64,000 nucleotides of DNA from Pavona decussata (Eukaryota). The notes under the pieces were generated by a model, which searched no databases, had not been told where the DNA came from, and saw only the letters and a list, made by a program, of their open reading frames with translations. The first letter of the stretch is position 1, and every line of letters starts with the position of its first letter. The DNA is taken from NCBI GenBank assembly GCA_977016875.1, contig CDRNST010000175.1:1736001-1800000 (forward strand), given 5' to 3'. Below are positions 23,381 through 35,945 of the stretch, piece by piece. The translations under genes and the position numbers were made by a program.

Positions 23381-24770
23381 CAAGGTATATTGCGGTAAAC
23401 GTAACGTTGGTAACTATTTGCAGGAGTAAGAGTGGGTGTAAATAAAGGAAGTACGGAAATGTGCCGTATGACCGCTACAAAACCATTGATGTTAAAATGA
23501 ATTCTGCTTCCATGACTTAATTCCCCCCTCCCCCAAAAGGAAGCTTATATTGATATAGCAGGCTATATAGGCGGGGAGACTTCGCCCAAGAAGGTTGGCC
23601 TTTTCGTAATCTGGTAGCATATGAAAGGGTAGCAAAATGTAACATTTAACGTATTTTGAAGAGTTTTGAAGAGTTAAAAAAAGACTGTGGACCGAGAGCA
23701 AGACAATTTTATTAATTAAACTATTAGAAATGGTAACAAAAAACTAACTGAGTACAAATGGCATTCAGACATTACAATTTAAAAATTACTGTTGCTATCA
23801 TGTGATGTGTGTTGCTGTAATAATAACTTAGGAGATATTCTTCGTTTTATATGAATGAAGCTGTGGAACAGGCTTCACTTCAATTTAAGAATTAGATGGG
23901 CAATCGCAATAAGGCACCGGTCTTTTTGAACAGCTATTTACTGATTATCACCATTATCGGCCTCATTCCGCTCATATCAATATCATCTACTTCCTTGGAT
24001 TTATGAAAAAAAGTGGTCGCTTAATTGCCACTTTCCGCATTACATTGTCTCGTTTCAAAAGATTCCCGTCCTCCGGGCATTCTGTATTATCATCAGCCAA
24101 GAATGATAGCTTACTTAGTTCTTTGAAAAGATTGAGAGGTCACACATTAAAAGCTTTTATTCAAAACGGTTGAGTCTGCAGTGACAAGTCGCATATAAAG
24201 GCATAAATTAGCTGCACTTTATTGAAGACTCAGAATAACCTTAGGTCATGAAAAATATACATTACATACAAAATTAAGAAGTAAACAAAGCTGTGAACGG
24301 GTAGTGAAAATTAAATGTTTTGGTCAAAACGGGCGGGAAAAATAAAAAGTCTGAAAATCTTGGCGAGTGTTTCAGGAGGCGAACCGATCATCCCCTTTTA
24401 AACGTCTTGATGAGTACCTCATCCTTCACACACCACGAATCAAATCCCGTTCCCGTAACCACGTGGAATCGAAGCATGTTGTGGGAGGGTACGTTGAGAA
24501 TATTGACACCCTTTTACCTGTTTTATTTCTTACATGAAGTACGGTTTCAGGAGTTGCCATGTTTCATGACTACGCAACCGTACATAACTTCCAGCCCTCA
24601 ATTTCAGTCCGTCGATATACCCTTGGGAAGGATCCGAACATCAAATTTCCATTTATAACAGCTGCTAAGATACCATCAGTTGGCTACTGATGGTAAGATA
24701 GAGACTTCATAGCCTTACCTACAGCTGTAAGCTGGTTTTATTAATACTGTTTTCCCGTTGTTTCAACTAG

Positions 24771-25850
24771 GCTGATCCATGCGCTTTCATTTCTTCGAAA
24801 AAGTTCAAGACTTGCCGTCCTGAGGTGCAGTATCCATCAAAGCTCACACCATCACAGGAAACATTTACCTTGCAATATCAAATCACTATGGAGACGTGAA
24901 CAAACGAAAGACAGGTTCAGCATTTTATAAGATGAACAAACTAACTGACAAATTTGTATTGTACCAGACCCTGTCTACAAGGGGCCCTAGCGGTCTCGAA
25001 TTATTTTCATTTGCGGGCAAACATTTCCTTGCTGTCACTGATCATTACGATGGGACATATCAGTTAGACTCTGTTATATACCAGTGGATTGGAAAACGGT
25101 TCGTTGTCTTCCAGAAAATTCGCACAAATGGTGCCACAAAAATCTCGTTTATTAACATTGAAGGCGAAAATTACTTGGTAGTGGCCAACAACTACGATGG
25201 AAGTACTAATTCCATAAAATCTGTCATTTACCAACGGAAGAACAGCCAGTTCAACAAGTTTCAGGAAGTGGGAACCGAAGGTGCTTTTGGGTGTACTACC
25301 CTTAAAATAAAAAAATGCTGCTTTCATCGCTTTTGCAAACTATTACAACTCCAAAGAGAAGTATTCTGTTCAATCCACTGAGTTTAAGTGGTCAGGAGGA
25401 CACTTCGTCAAAATCCAGTCTCTTCAGACTTATGGAGCCCGCGATGTGAAGTCCTTTAACATCAATGGTCACACATTCCTCGCCTTTGCCAATTTATACT
25501 CTGGAAGCAGCTACAATACCAACTCGTTCATTTACAAGTGGAATGGTATTAAGTTCGTTCTGTTCCAGTCCATTCCTACACGGGGTGGGATGACCATCCA
25601 CCCATTTGTGATCAGCGGTCAAACGTACCTGGGTGTGGCCAATCACCTCGATACCAGCACGAGATACAACACTAAATCAGTTGTTTACCAGGCCTCTGGC
25701 GCGCGGTTCACCATATACCAAGAAATTCCAACACACGGAGCACATGGTATAACGTCATTTGAGTACAAAGGTCATACTAACCTGGCAGTGGCAAACTGTC
25801 ATAACAATCAGAAGCGAAATATAAACAGCGCCGTGTACAAGTGGGAATAA
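24771..25850 (+). pseudogene. Orphan duplicate of the EAR/EPTP propeller exon (copy 2)
   Basis: Homologous to 17173-18265. In-frame TGA at 24773 and 24821, +1 frameshift in the A-run at ~25309-25315. No upstream exons, because the duplication begins inside the last intron. Confidence 0.9.
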
Positions 25851-26499
25851 TCTTACTTCCCTCCATATTCCATCCACAAGTACAAGAGGGAGAACGGATT
25901 TAAAAGATGGCTTAAAAACGCTATATCCTCGGTCTAGATTTCTGCGTTTGTTACCTTAGTTCTAACCCTTAGGTGTTCAGTGATTTTATCGTTACAAGTG
26001 AAGTCAAGACGAATTAGGTTTGAAACTTAAGTCACTGCATGTAAGCTACGGGTTATGTTATTAGAATAATTTCGCAAGCTAAAGCGTTTAAGGATTTGTG
26101 ACATTCTTATTGTAAACCGTTTGTGGTCTATATTTTTTGTAATATAGCCTTTGGGCCAGATTTTATAACAATAAAGCTGAGGCTGAGAAATAATTGATCG
26201 TCTTGTACAATTTCAAACTGTAAGTTTCGAGATAACTAAAACGGCCGTAACATTGTCTCCACTTTCTTTCTACAGAATGAATTGAAATTTGGAGAATTCT
26301 AAGGGAATATACATGAGCACCAAAAGACTTGAAACGTTGCTTGAAACGTCGTTTCTTGCACTGCCCAGCAAATCGTTTTATAGCGTAAAGGGATATTTGT
26401 AAACGCTAACGCATTAGTTGATCTGTTTGTATTTGTGAGCTGAACAGTTTAACACAGCAAAAAAAGGCGAGTGAAATAAACTCAAATGACCAAGTGCAT

Positions 26500-26722
26500 N
26501 NNNNNNNNNNNNNNNNNNNNNNNNNNNNNNNNNNNNNNNNNNNNNNNNNNNNNNNNNNNNNNNNNNNNNNNNNNNNNNNNNNNNNNNNNNNNNNNNNNNN
26601 NNNNNNNNNNNNNNNNNNNNNNNNNNNNNNNNNNNNNNNNNNNNNNNNNNNNNNNNNNNNNNNNNNNNNNNNNNNNNNNNNNNNNNNNNNNNNNNNNNNN
26701 NNNNNNNNNNNNNNNNNNNNNN
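26500..26722. other. Assembly gap (N run), at the position homologous to the 18948 gap
   Basis: N run in the sequence. Confidence 1.
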
Positions 26723-27432
26723 GGTATGGTACAGTTTGTTATGGTATGGTATGGTATATAAACGAAAGCCTTCATTTGGCGCGAAAATATGCTCAGATAT
26801 TTGTCCGCGGACATTATCTGTTCCGAGAACTGAAAAGTTTTCCGAGAGCGACGCTCGAGGAAAACTATGAGCTTCGAGGAACAGATAATGTCGGCCAAGG
26901 AAAACTGAATATCCGAGCATATTTGTAAAGTCAAATGAGGCTATTGTGTTTGTTATCCTTCAAATATTTTTCGCAACACACGGGATCGGCCAGTCTGTCA
27001 TATGTCAATCACGTCAAAGTTTGTCAATTGGATTCCAAAATCCCCCCGTCTTTCAATATTCAGATTTCTCTTCAGTCCAACACAGAAAGGAAAAGAAACT
27101 TTTTTAATTCCGTGAAAGACAAAAGCAAGATACAGGTGGTGGATAACGTTACAGGGAATCTAAGTACCTTTCAAGAACAAGATCAAAGGGAAAAATTGTT
27201 AAGCAACGCTTTCTGTAAAATGTGCAAACCGCCTTTATCTCGTGTTTAATTGGAGCAGTACTTTATATTGAAAATACGATTGTGGAATTGACCAGCGGAA
27301 AACGACCAGTGAAGAAGTCGAGGCTGAATCTGCAGTCGAAAACGACGTCGTTCACAATCAATGAGGATTGAACTTCCTGCTCTAGGGTAGGACAAGCTGC
27401 TTCTTTTCGTAGAGATTTTCGACATCTTGGGT

Positions 27433-27630
27433 TGTGAAAACCTTTAATTTAATGTAATCACAAGCTTTCGATTCAATTTCAACAAGAGTAACACGACGAA
27501 AATACTTTTGACGAAACCAAATCAAGGTGGCGACTCAGTTCAGTTCAGTTCTTATCTAGCGCATGCCTAATAATGTTCGCATGCTGATCTCTCTTGCGGG
27601 CTCAAGGTAAGTCAATCAGCGGATTCAACA
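27433..27630 (-). repeat. 3' LTR of the BEL/Pao element (198 bp)
   Basis: Direct repeat of 33367-33570; by hand about 17 substitutions plus one 6-bp indel. Confidence 0.95.
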
Positions 27631-28928
27631 TACTGGGGGCGTGGAAGTGCAGCAATTTGTTTGCTTCTTCTGAGAGTTTCAACCTGTGGAATCTGCTGTC
27701 CAGTTTCCTTAAAGTGTTCTTGTGGGTCTGCTAGTGTGACTTCTAGAGGATACAACAGGTGAATGGAGCAATTAGTGCTTGTCTGAATGTTTGCAGCTCT
27801 GACTCTGCCATCGCTATCGCAGATAAGCCGCTTGATAATAGCTAATTTCCAGGAGCTCCGTTGAACATTGTCCTCATGGATTAGAACAACATCCCCTACT
27901 TTGATGAACTGGTCACGTGACTCTCGTTTCTTGGACTGATATGCATGGCGCTCTCGTAGTGAAGCAAAGTACTTATTTTTAAATCGCTGGACAAAGTGTT
28001 CATACAGCAATGTGCGACGTTTCATGACTTTGCTTAGCTGATTGTGATCATTGAAATCGTCGTCGTCCAGCTCGTCTGGATCAACTGTAGGGTGTGGTAA
28101 TGCAGACACATCGTAACCATAGAGCAACTTGGAAGGCGTCAGTGGTTCTGGATCATTCACATCATGGGAAACATAAGCGATTGGACGGTCATTTACTACT
28201 GCTTGGACCTCTTTGGTCAGTGTTTGCATCTCAGACAGATCGATTAAGGCGCGGTGAAGGACTTTCTTGATTGACATCTTCACAACTCCAATCAGACGTT
28301 CGTGCATACCACCCCAATGTGGTGACTTGGCGGGAATGTGCCTCATCTGAACTCTCTTCAGGGCGAAATGGCGCTGTACTTGCTGATCTTCCACGACTTG
28401 AAACAACCTTTGAATTTCCTCATTGCCTTTCACAAATGTCTTAGCATTGTCACATAATATCAATGGTGGAGCTCCATAAACAGCACAGTGACGTCTGAAT
28501 GCTTAAAGGAACTGATCGGTGGTCATGTCATTCACAATCTCCAGGTTAACATTGCGAGTGGTGCTACAGGTGAAGAGGCAAACGTAACATTTCTGTGTCT
28601 TGCTACCGTCGTTGACAATAAGATGACCAGTGAAATCGATTCCCACTGTAGAAAACGGCTTCATCTTATTCAGGCCGAAATCAGGCAAAGCAGGTGAAGG
28701 GGGTAGCTTGAATGGTACACCCACATGGTAACGGCATCTGACACATCTTCGCAGTATCTTTGTCACCTCCCCTCGAGCTGATGGCAACCAAAATCTCTTG
28801 CGTAATGCAATAACTGTCTCTCTAACTTCTGCATGGAGTTGTCTCTCGTGAACTGATCGCACGAGCAGTGTTGTGAACTGAGACTTCTTGTTTATTAGAG
28901 TTGGTTCTTTGGCATCTCTATCGAGCAT
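27612..28928 (-). pseudogene. BEL/Pao integrase (zinc-binding, DDE core, C-terminal domain), interrupted
   Basis: ORFs 28503-28928 and 27612-28463. The stop codon falls inside the 3' LTR. Confidence 0.88.
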
Positions 28929-29045
28929 GGCGTGCTCGAGCCTCCCGGGGACAACTAGAAGGCCACATGTATTAAGCTTCAGATTAAACTGTCAAACGAG
29001 GTGGGGCCGCGTCTTGCGGGTGAACTTTGTTTGCTCCTGCAGCAA

Positions 29046-31158
29046 CTACTCTCTTTCTTGACGGAAATGCTGTATCTGATGAGCTCGAAGGAGGATGACT
29101 TCCGCATGTGATATTTCTGATGCTGTAGGAACTGGGACTTCCAGTTGGACGACTGATAATGGTTTCTGTGATAAGCAAGTCTTGTCGCGTGCTTGTTTCA
29201 GGTTGGAAATAAATCTCAGGACATAGGACATGGTGCGAAGCAATGATTCATACGTCTTGAAGCGCACGACTTCAACCAGGTTTTGCAGACTGCCAATGCC
29301 GGCATCAGATTGCACCGAGTCTTGGTCATAGGCTTGTGCAGCTGCGGCTGAAATAGAGCTGTCTTCCACGAGACCTGTAGTACTCCAAGTAGGCCAAATA
29401 GAATGGTCAGTCAGCCATGGAGGACCTCTCTCCCACAGTGTGGGGTGCTGCAACTCTTCAGAAGTACAGCCACGGGTCAGGATATCTGCTGGGTCGTCTC
29501 CTGAACGGACATGCGACCAACTGGACATGTCAGTGAACTTTAAGATTTCCGTCTTCCGGTTGCAGGTGAAGACATTGAGTGACTTGTGACTGAAAAGCCA
29601 ATGGAGACAAATTGTGGAGTCTGTCCAGTAGTGTGACGAGATTGAAGGAAAGTCCTTTGCAAAGATCTCTTTAATTGTGACACCGAGGCGAGCATCCAAA
29701 ACCATGACAATTAATTCCCACTGGGGGACAGTTCGTGCATGTTTAGATGAAGCAAACTTGACCTTGGATGCAATGAATTTGACTTTGTCGTTTTGAACGA
29801 AGAAGACACAACAGCCAGCTGCGGTAGTGGGGCATGCATCACAGAAGACATGCATGTCAACAGGCAGTGTCTTGTCAAGGTCTAGATAACATGGAGTGAT
29901 GAGCTCAGATGCCTTTTCAATTTCACTGGCAATCCTGTTGTACTCTTCCTGTAGTTCATCAGGGAGAACTGCATCCCAGTCGAATCCCTTATCCCACAGG
30001 GACGAGATGAACGCTTTACCTTGAACGAGAACAGGGTAGATGAAACCAACTGGGCCACATGTTGATGCTGCGGAACTTCGAACTTGTCACTTGGTGAATG
30101 GCACTTCGGGGGGAATGACAATGGGTTTCTGTGGGAACTACAGAGTGTCTTCCTTCGGGTTCCAAATCAGTCCTAATAGTCCTGAAATTTCCCTCTGAGA
30201 ACCATTTTGCATCTCGCTTATGATGGCGGACAGTGCTGGAGAATTAGTGAACCACTGGCGGAGATCCATGTCAGCAGCCCTCGTGATCTTCCTTGAACAG
30301 TTGTGGTACTGAATAGCAGAATCTTCATCGTCAGTTCCTGTCAATACATTGTCACAGTACAATTTCTCTTCAAGGTCACGAGCCACAAATTGAATGAATG
30401 AATCGCGATCCTGCTCGTACTGGGACAGATGATGACGAAGGGTGGAATTGAGTATGAAGGGGGAACTTGTTCCTCCAAAGAAGACCGACGTGTAGCGGTA
30501 AACTTTGATTGGCATGTTTGGATGTCTATCTTCAAACCAGAGGAAGCAGACATCGTTTCGATCCTCTTCATTTATCTTGATTCGCATGAAGGCTTTCTCT
30601 ATGTCAGCAAAAAGGCATACTTGTGTGCTCTGAAGCGATGGACAATGGTATTGAGTGACTTGAACAGACAGGGACCTGTATACAGACAATCAGTGACACA
30701 TGACCTGCATTGGCTGCGAAGACAACTCGAAGAGGTGTCGTCTCACTGTCAGGGCGCAGAACGAAGAAGTGGCTGAGATAATGAGCGTTATTCTCATTCC
30801 AAGGATCTTCTGTTGTAGGGAGAGGTTCAACGTAACCTTTGTTAATCTGGTCAGCAAGGATGTCTGCATAAGGTTTCCACAGATCCAGTTTAAGCAGCCT
30901 TTTCTTGACCTGCTCTAGACGGCTGGTAGCAAGGCTCAAATTTGAAGGGAGTGGCGGGTGATTGTCAAGCCAGGGTAATGGTACAAAGTATGTCCCATCG
31001 CGGTAATCCATTTGAGTTTGGAAGCGCTCTGAAATCATCTTTTTGACTGGGGTCACTGCGTTCGTCAATCCCCAGGGTTTCGATTCTATGGAAATCAGCA
31101 ACTTTGTCGTGGACTTCAAGATCCTTCTCACGAGAACAGTCATACTGCTCGCCGTCAC
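29046..31158 (-). pseudogene. BEL/Pao reverse transcriptase and RNase H, frameshifted
   Basis: ORFs 30604-31158 (YFVPLPW, HYLSH, TTPLRVVF), 30138-30689 (ADIEKAF, FGGTSSPFIL, YCDN) and 29046-29855 (HVFCDA, WTDS, W.HVRS.D.PAD). Confidence 0.88.
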
Positions 31159-33243
31159 CTAACATTTGCCTGTGATATGATTGGTTGTTGGCAAAACACT
31201 GTGTCACTGAGGGAGATTCGCCTGCAGTCTCTTCCACAGGGAACAGCCTGCCTGAGAGTAGGTATCCTACGCTGGAAGCTTGAGCAGTAGGATAGCCGTA
31301 AATGACATCAGGTTTCAGGAACTGCCAGACGGAATCCAGACCAATAAGAACTTGGACAGGGAAGTAATCTTGAGTCAAATCATCTGCAAGCTGAAGCTTT
31401 GTTATGTGAGTTGATTTGAGGCTTTCAGACCAATTTCTGCGGTCAATAGGGGTTACAATGACATCTTTAATGAGAGTGTCAGCAGTAACTGCTCCGTCAT
31501 CGGTAATGATGCTGACTGATCCTACGGCATAGGTATTGGTTGAAGATGCACCTCCGAATGTGTTAATGTGCACAGTCTTAGTGCGGTGAGGCTTAATGCA
31601 CAGTTCCTTGGCTAACTGTGTAGTGCTGTAAGAAAGAGAAGACCCCTCATCAATGAAAACATTTGCCTCTCGTATAATTTCACCATTCTGAACTGAGGTG
31701 ACAGCAGTCTTGAGAAGCACTGGATTTGACTGACTGTGACTGGAACTTGTGGTGTTGCTCTGTGAATGGTATGAGTGCAAAGTCTCATTTCGGTTTACTC
31801 CATTCTCAGAGTTAAGGCTGTCTTCACTTGAAGGGAGGGAAGATGTGACACTTGATTCACAATCCTGTATGTCCACGCAAACTGTAGCAGCATGCATAGA
31901 TACTTGTGGACTCTGAGGAGTCACTGTTGATGCATTGGGTGAGGTTGGCATGAGTGGAGTTGACTGAGTGGTGAAAGCACCATGTAGTACAGTGCGATGT
32001 AGCTGTTTGCACACTGAACTTCTCCATTGTGATTGGCCCTGGGTGGCAGCATGGCCACTTCGGAGACAATTAATGCACAACTGCTTTGAATTTACTGTAG
32101 TCATTTTATCCTCAACTGAGAGTTTACATTGAAATGTGCTTTGCGGAGACCCACACAAGCGACAGGAAACCCTTTTGGGTTCTTTGAACTGTCTGAATTT
32201 CTTACTTTTGGACTGATCAGAAGAGGTGGTGGCTGCAGAAAGTGCAGTAGCAGTGCTAGGAGGAACTGAAACTTTTGAGGTTAAAGGAATACTTGTCATA
32301 ATCTTGGGATGAGAAGATGGTGATTTGCCTTTGCTTGGTTGGTTATTCAGATTAATGTAGGCGACTTGCTCGAGCCTTTTAACTTCATTGTGAATCATGT
32401 CAATCAGTTGCTCAAGAGTGGGATTGGCACAAATATACTCCTTCAACACATTGGTTAACAGCTTTTCTGGCAGCTTTTCAAGTAGAATAGGAACATAAAA
32501 GTCTCCATACCTGGTTGTGAGGAGGTCCAAGGCTTTCAAAGACGTTGTGTCACTCATTAGACTGTCATAAAAAGTACGTGTGCTGAGGTTTGGCCATTAC
32601 AACGAGGGCAAAACAATGGGCATTCTTGATTGACGTTTTGTCGCCGTAATTGTCCTGCAGTGTTTCCACAAGCAAATCATAGTTGTCTTCGCTCGCCATT
32701 ATTCCTTCTACTCTTTTCTTAACTTGTGCTGACAATTGTCCCTTGAGAAAGTTGAACTTGGTGACCTTCGAAATGTCCTTGACCTCGTGGACTTCGGTTT
32801 TGAAAACATCCCAGAAACTTAGCCATTTTCTCCTGTCTCCATCGAAGATCGGCAACGTAATCTTGGGCAATTTAAGCGCTGAATGCGTGAGTTGTCTGCA
32901 GGAGCCAGAGTCAGTGCTAGCAGGCGATTTGGTGTCTTGGTTTTGACGCAGCGATTTCTCGATTTGCCTCAACAAAGCAGAATGAGAGTCAGATAATGTA
33001 TCGGCTTCCTCGAAATCGTTGTCGGCAACGCCATCGTCTCCCAGTAGCACCATGGTGTTCTGAATTTCCTTATCCAATTCCCTTAGTTCGGGTCGGGCAT
33101 CCAGTAGCTTTTGTTGACTCACTGAGAGTTGCCTCGATCTTTTTCCCTTGATTCGTAAACATTCGCCACAAGTTGGCTCGTCGTTTCACGGAAATATTCA
33201 GCGAATCTTTTTGCTCATCGACCTTGTCCGGTTTGTCTGGCAT
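30965..33243 (-). pseudogene. BEL/Pao gag-protease, frameshifted
   Basis: ORFs 33070-33297, 32565-33122 and 30965-32557, with a DUF1759-like motif, degenerate zinc knuckles and aspartic protease FIDEGS. Confidence 0.85.
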
Positions 33244-33345
33244 GTTGAAGATTGACTGGATGATCTTTAGTTCTTTAGTTCGCTGAGTTGTTATCACTGT
33301 TCCTCGCAGTACGGAGTGAAATTATCAGGTTTCGAGGCTCTGTTT

Positions 33346-33363
33346 ATCCTGGTCACGGAACCA
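33346..33363 (-). promoter_or_regulatory. Primer-binding site complementary to the tRNA-His 3' end
   Basis: Minus strand TGGTTCCGTGACCAGGAT, 3 nt from the 5' LTR. It matches the complement of the invertebrate tRNA-His(GTG) 3' end ATCCTGGTCACGGCACCA (recalled from memory) at 17/18 positions. Confidence 0.8.
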
Positions 33364-33366
33364 ATT

Positions 33367-33570
33367 TGTGAAAACCTTCAATTTAATGTCATCACAAGCT
33401 TTCGATTCAATTTCAACAACAGTAACACGACAAAAATACTTAAAGTTTTGACGAAATAAAATCAAGATGGCCACTCAGTTCAGTTCAGCTCTTGTCTGGC
33501 GCATGCTCAATAATGTTCGCATGCTGATCTCTTTTGAGGGCTAAAGGTAAGTCAATCAGCGGATTCCACA
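33367..33570 (-). repeat. 5' LTR of the BEL/Pao element (204 bp)
   Basis: TG...CA ends, adjacent PBS, direct repeat of 27433-27630. Confidence 0.95.
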
Positions 33571-34304
33571 TGGGGTATCATGGCTGGTTTATGTTTCGTG
33601 GACGAAATTTTGCCTTCGCAAGCGAGCTCGACCAGGTGAGCATTGAGACCGGCTTGAACTCTCTGTCAGTAATGACACTGAAATTTATGATTTCTTTATT
33701 TAAATACCTATCCAGGCCAGCACGAATTGCTCTCATTGAATTCCGACCGTAATATTTTCCGTCGTGTGAGCGAGCTTCGACGTAAAATCTACGCAAAATA
33801 TTTACGAGCCCTTATTTTGTAAACTCGTTTAATGGCTTGTTGATGGCTTTGTCCTTTCGCCAGGCTGAAAGAAAATTATAAATAATGCTCTACAATGAGA
33901 TGGGCTAAAAAATTTCCTCAAACATAGTTTTTTGTAGCATCTTTAATTCATAGACTGTTGAACAGAGTGAAACTTGGTTAAAAGCAAACGGAAATCTCGT
34001 AACGAGCTTGAGTATTTGAACATTGTGTCAAGATTCTGGTCACAATTTAGACGAAACGTTTACGAACAGTTTTCAGGTACCGCTTTATCGACCGGCAGGT
34101 CTATATCTTCTGTCACAAAAACGAATCGTCCCGCCCATCTTGACATTAAGCTTAATTTTAATTGCAATCTTGAAGCCTTGAAGTTTGGAAAATTAGAGAA
34201 TATCATTTGGGGAATATCAGTAGGATATTCCCCAGTTTAGCCGGGGCATATTCAGTCACGCGACGCGTTTAGACCAATCGCGAAAATATTTGATGGATTA
34301 TAAA

Positions 34305-34467
34305 GTATGGTATGGTATCGTATGGTGTGGTACGGTACGGTACGTTATGTTATGATATGGTATGGTATGGTATGGTATGGTGTGCTATGGTACGGCATGG
34401 TATGGCATGGTATGGTATGGTAAGGTGCGGTACGGTTTGATATGGTATGGTATGGTGTGGTATGGTA
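34305..34467 (+). repeat. (TATGG)n microsatellite
   Basis: Pentamer array; continues the tract interrupted at 26756. Confidence 0.9.
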
Positions 34468-34666
34468 TTTCTGAGAGTAATTAATACTCAGAAGATTGGG
34501 TTGTATGAGTAAAAATATTTAACAAAGGGTATGCATCTATAATGACTCTTTATTTCAAGCCACTAGCCACTGACTGCTAAATGACTCATGCAGCCAATAA
34601 ATCGTCTCCTGGTCTTGCTTGCAACATGAAATGATAAAATGACACGAAATGATTAAGCAATATCTT

Positions 34667-34844
34667 GGCCATTTTCATGATGGCGTCATTTTACTACAAC
34701 TACCAGAATTCATTTCGTTTTCCTTTTCAAATGTAAATTTTGTAATCCCAGTGGACAGCAAAGAACAATAGCTCTAATTAGCATTAGAAAAAACCAGAAG
34801 GATTCTGGTAGTTGTAGTAAAATGACGCCATCATGAAATTGTCC
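34667..34844. mobile_element. MITE with ~43-bp TIRs, specific to duplication unit 2
   Basis: TTTCATGATGGCGTCATTTTACTACAACTACCAGAAT and its reverse complement; absent at the homologous site ~19525-19548. Confidence 0.8.
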
Positions 34845-35705
34845 TATTATTGCACTCGTCCTTGTTGAATAGGTGTCTGATGCAGTCAGCCCAAGCTCAG
34901 TATGCATGGGAAATTGACTTCAGTTCCCAAAATTCTAAAATACGGCCATAAATTTGGAAATAGACTTCACTTACCTCCAAGTAGGGATTTCTTTGTGTCC
35001 TCTTTGCAATTTGGCTGGAATTTATGACCAATTATTTTTAGCGAGTTTTCGGTGTTGTTTTGGCATCGTTTGAGTAGACGGATGGAAATTGTGCCGATGA
35101 CTAAGTGCATTTCTCCAAGGAGTAAGTTGTGTAGGAGATTCTCTTTTAGCTGCGCTACCCGGGGAAACTACCGAAAAATGCACGTATTCGTCGGCCCCTT
35201 CTACTCAAACAATCTCACAATGCCTTTCTCGTACAAGTGTTTTCACAGTTTCTGGAAAGGGGAGCCCACGCAAAGTAATTTGTATTTTTTTTTTTAGATT
35301 TTTATTAGCCTCACATGACACAGAATACAACATTTACAATACTAAGCACTACTCACAATACTGACAATAATTACAATACTTACTACACTAACAATACCTA
35401 CCGTCTATATATACTTACAATACTAATGATACCTTATAATGCTCACAATACTTACAATACCTACAGAACATACAATCTGTCACACTAATAATATCTACAA
35501 TACTTACAATACTCACGATACTTAACTGCCGTTATTACCTTACCTACATACATTACTACGCAACACGATGGACATCACAACATAAAAAGGAAGTTTCAAT
35601 ACTCAAAGATTCTACATTACATTACTGCGGCGTTTCAAGAATTGTCTTGTGCTTTGTTTGGAAGCTGGCTGATGTGACTTTCTCCGCCTCGGCGCCTCGG
35701 CGCTG

Positions 35706-35945
35706 GTCTCCGTTTCTCGAAAGTTCCGGTAACTTACCGGGCCTAATAAGTATATTTTTAAATGTTTTTTTCGCCGATTACACAGCGATTAAAGACATGG
35801 TACTTGGCCAATGTTTTCACAGAATTATAAGATTTTAAAATTATATATTCAAAGCTAACAAAAATTGACTTCTGTTAAAAAACATTTATCACCATGGACA
35901 CTTATCGGGCCCGGTAAGTTACCGGGACCTTCGAGAAACGGGCCT
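35706..35945. mobile_element. PIF/Harbinger-like MITE (CWG flanks), specific to duplication unit 2
   Basis: TIR CCGTTTCTCGAA(A/G)G..CCGGTAACTTACCGGGCC, flanked by CTG/CAG. The empty site GGCGCTGGACCGG is at ~20442-20454. Confidence 0.82.

Larger units (their letters stand above)
16923..24514 (+). repeat. Tandem segmental duplication, unit 1 (EAR exon + spacer + GPCR paralog 2)
   Basis: 16923-18947 aligns with 24515-26499, and 19186-24510 aligns with 34305-39815. Confidence 0.9.
27433..33570 (-). mobile_element. Full-length but decayed BEL/Pao LTR retrotransposon
   Basis: Two TG...CA LTRs. Domain order: gag (DUF1759-like LPKITLPIFDGD..KW.SFWD.F; Cys/His knuckles), protease (FIDEGS), RT (ADIEKAF; YCDN), RNase H (HVFCDA), integrase (H..H..CVRC; GIDFTG; CDNAKTF; WGGMHERLIG). 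Many stops and frameshifts. Degenerate 5-bp TSD TGGGT / TGGG(G)T. Confidence 0.96.
26757..34304 (-). mobile_element. Internally deleted Crypton-like (tyrosine recombinase/DUF3504-type) element, split by a BEL insertion
   Basis: Minus-strand remnant reads LRRFYVEARSHDGKYYGRNSMRAIRAGLDRYL..FSVITDREFK...GKISSTKHKPAM and continues as TQDVENLYEKKQL on the far side of the BEL element. Candidate intron acceptor at ~33865. TATAAA direct repeat at both ends (26757-26762, 34299-34304). Long terminal fold-back at ~26768-26942. Absent from duplication unit 1 as far as the gap allows. Confidence 0.72.
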
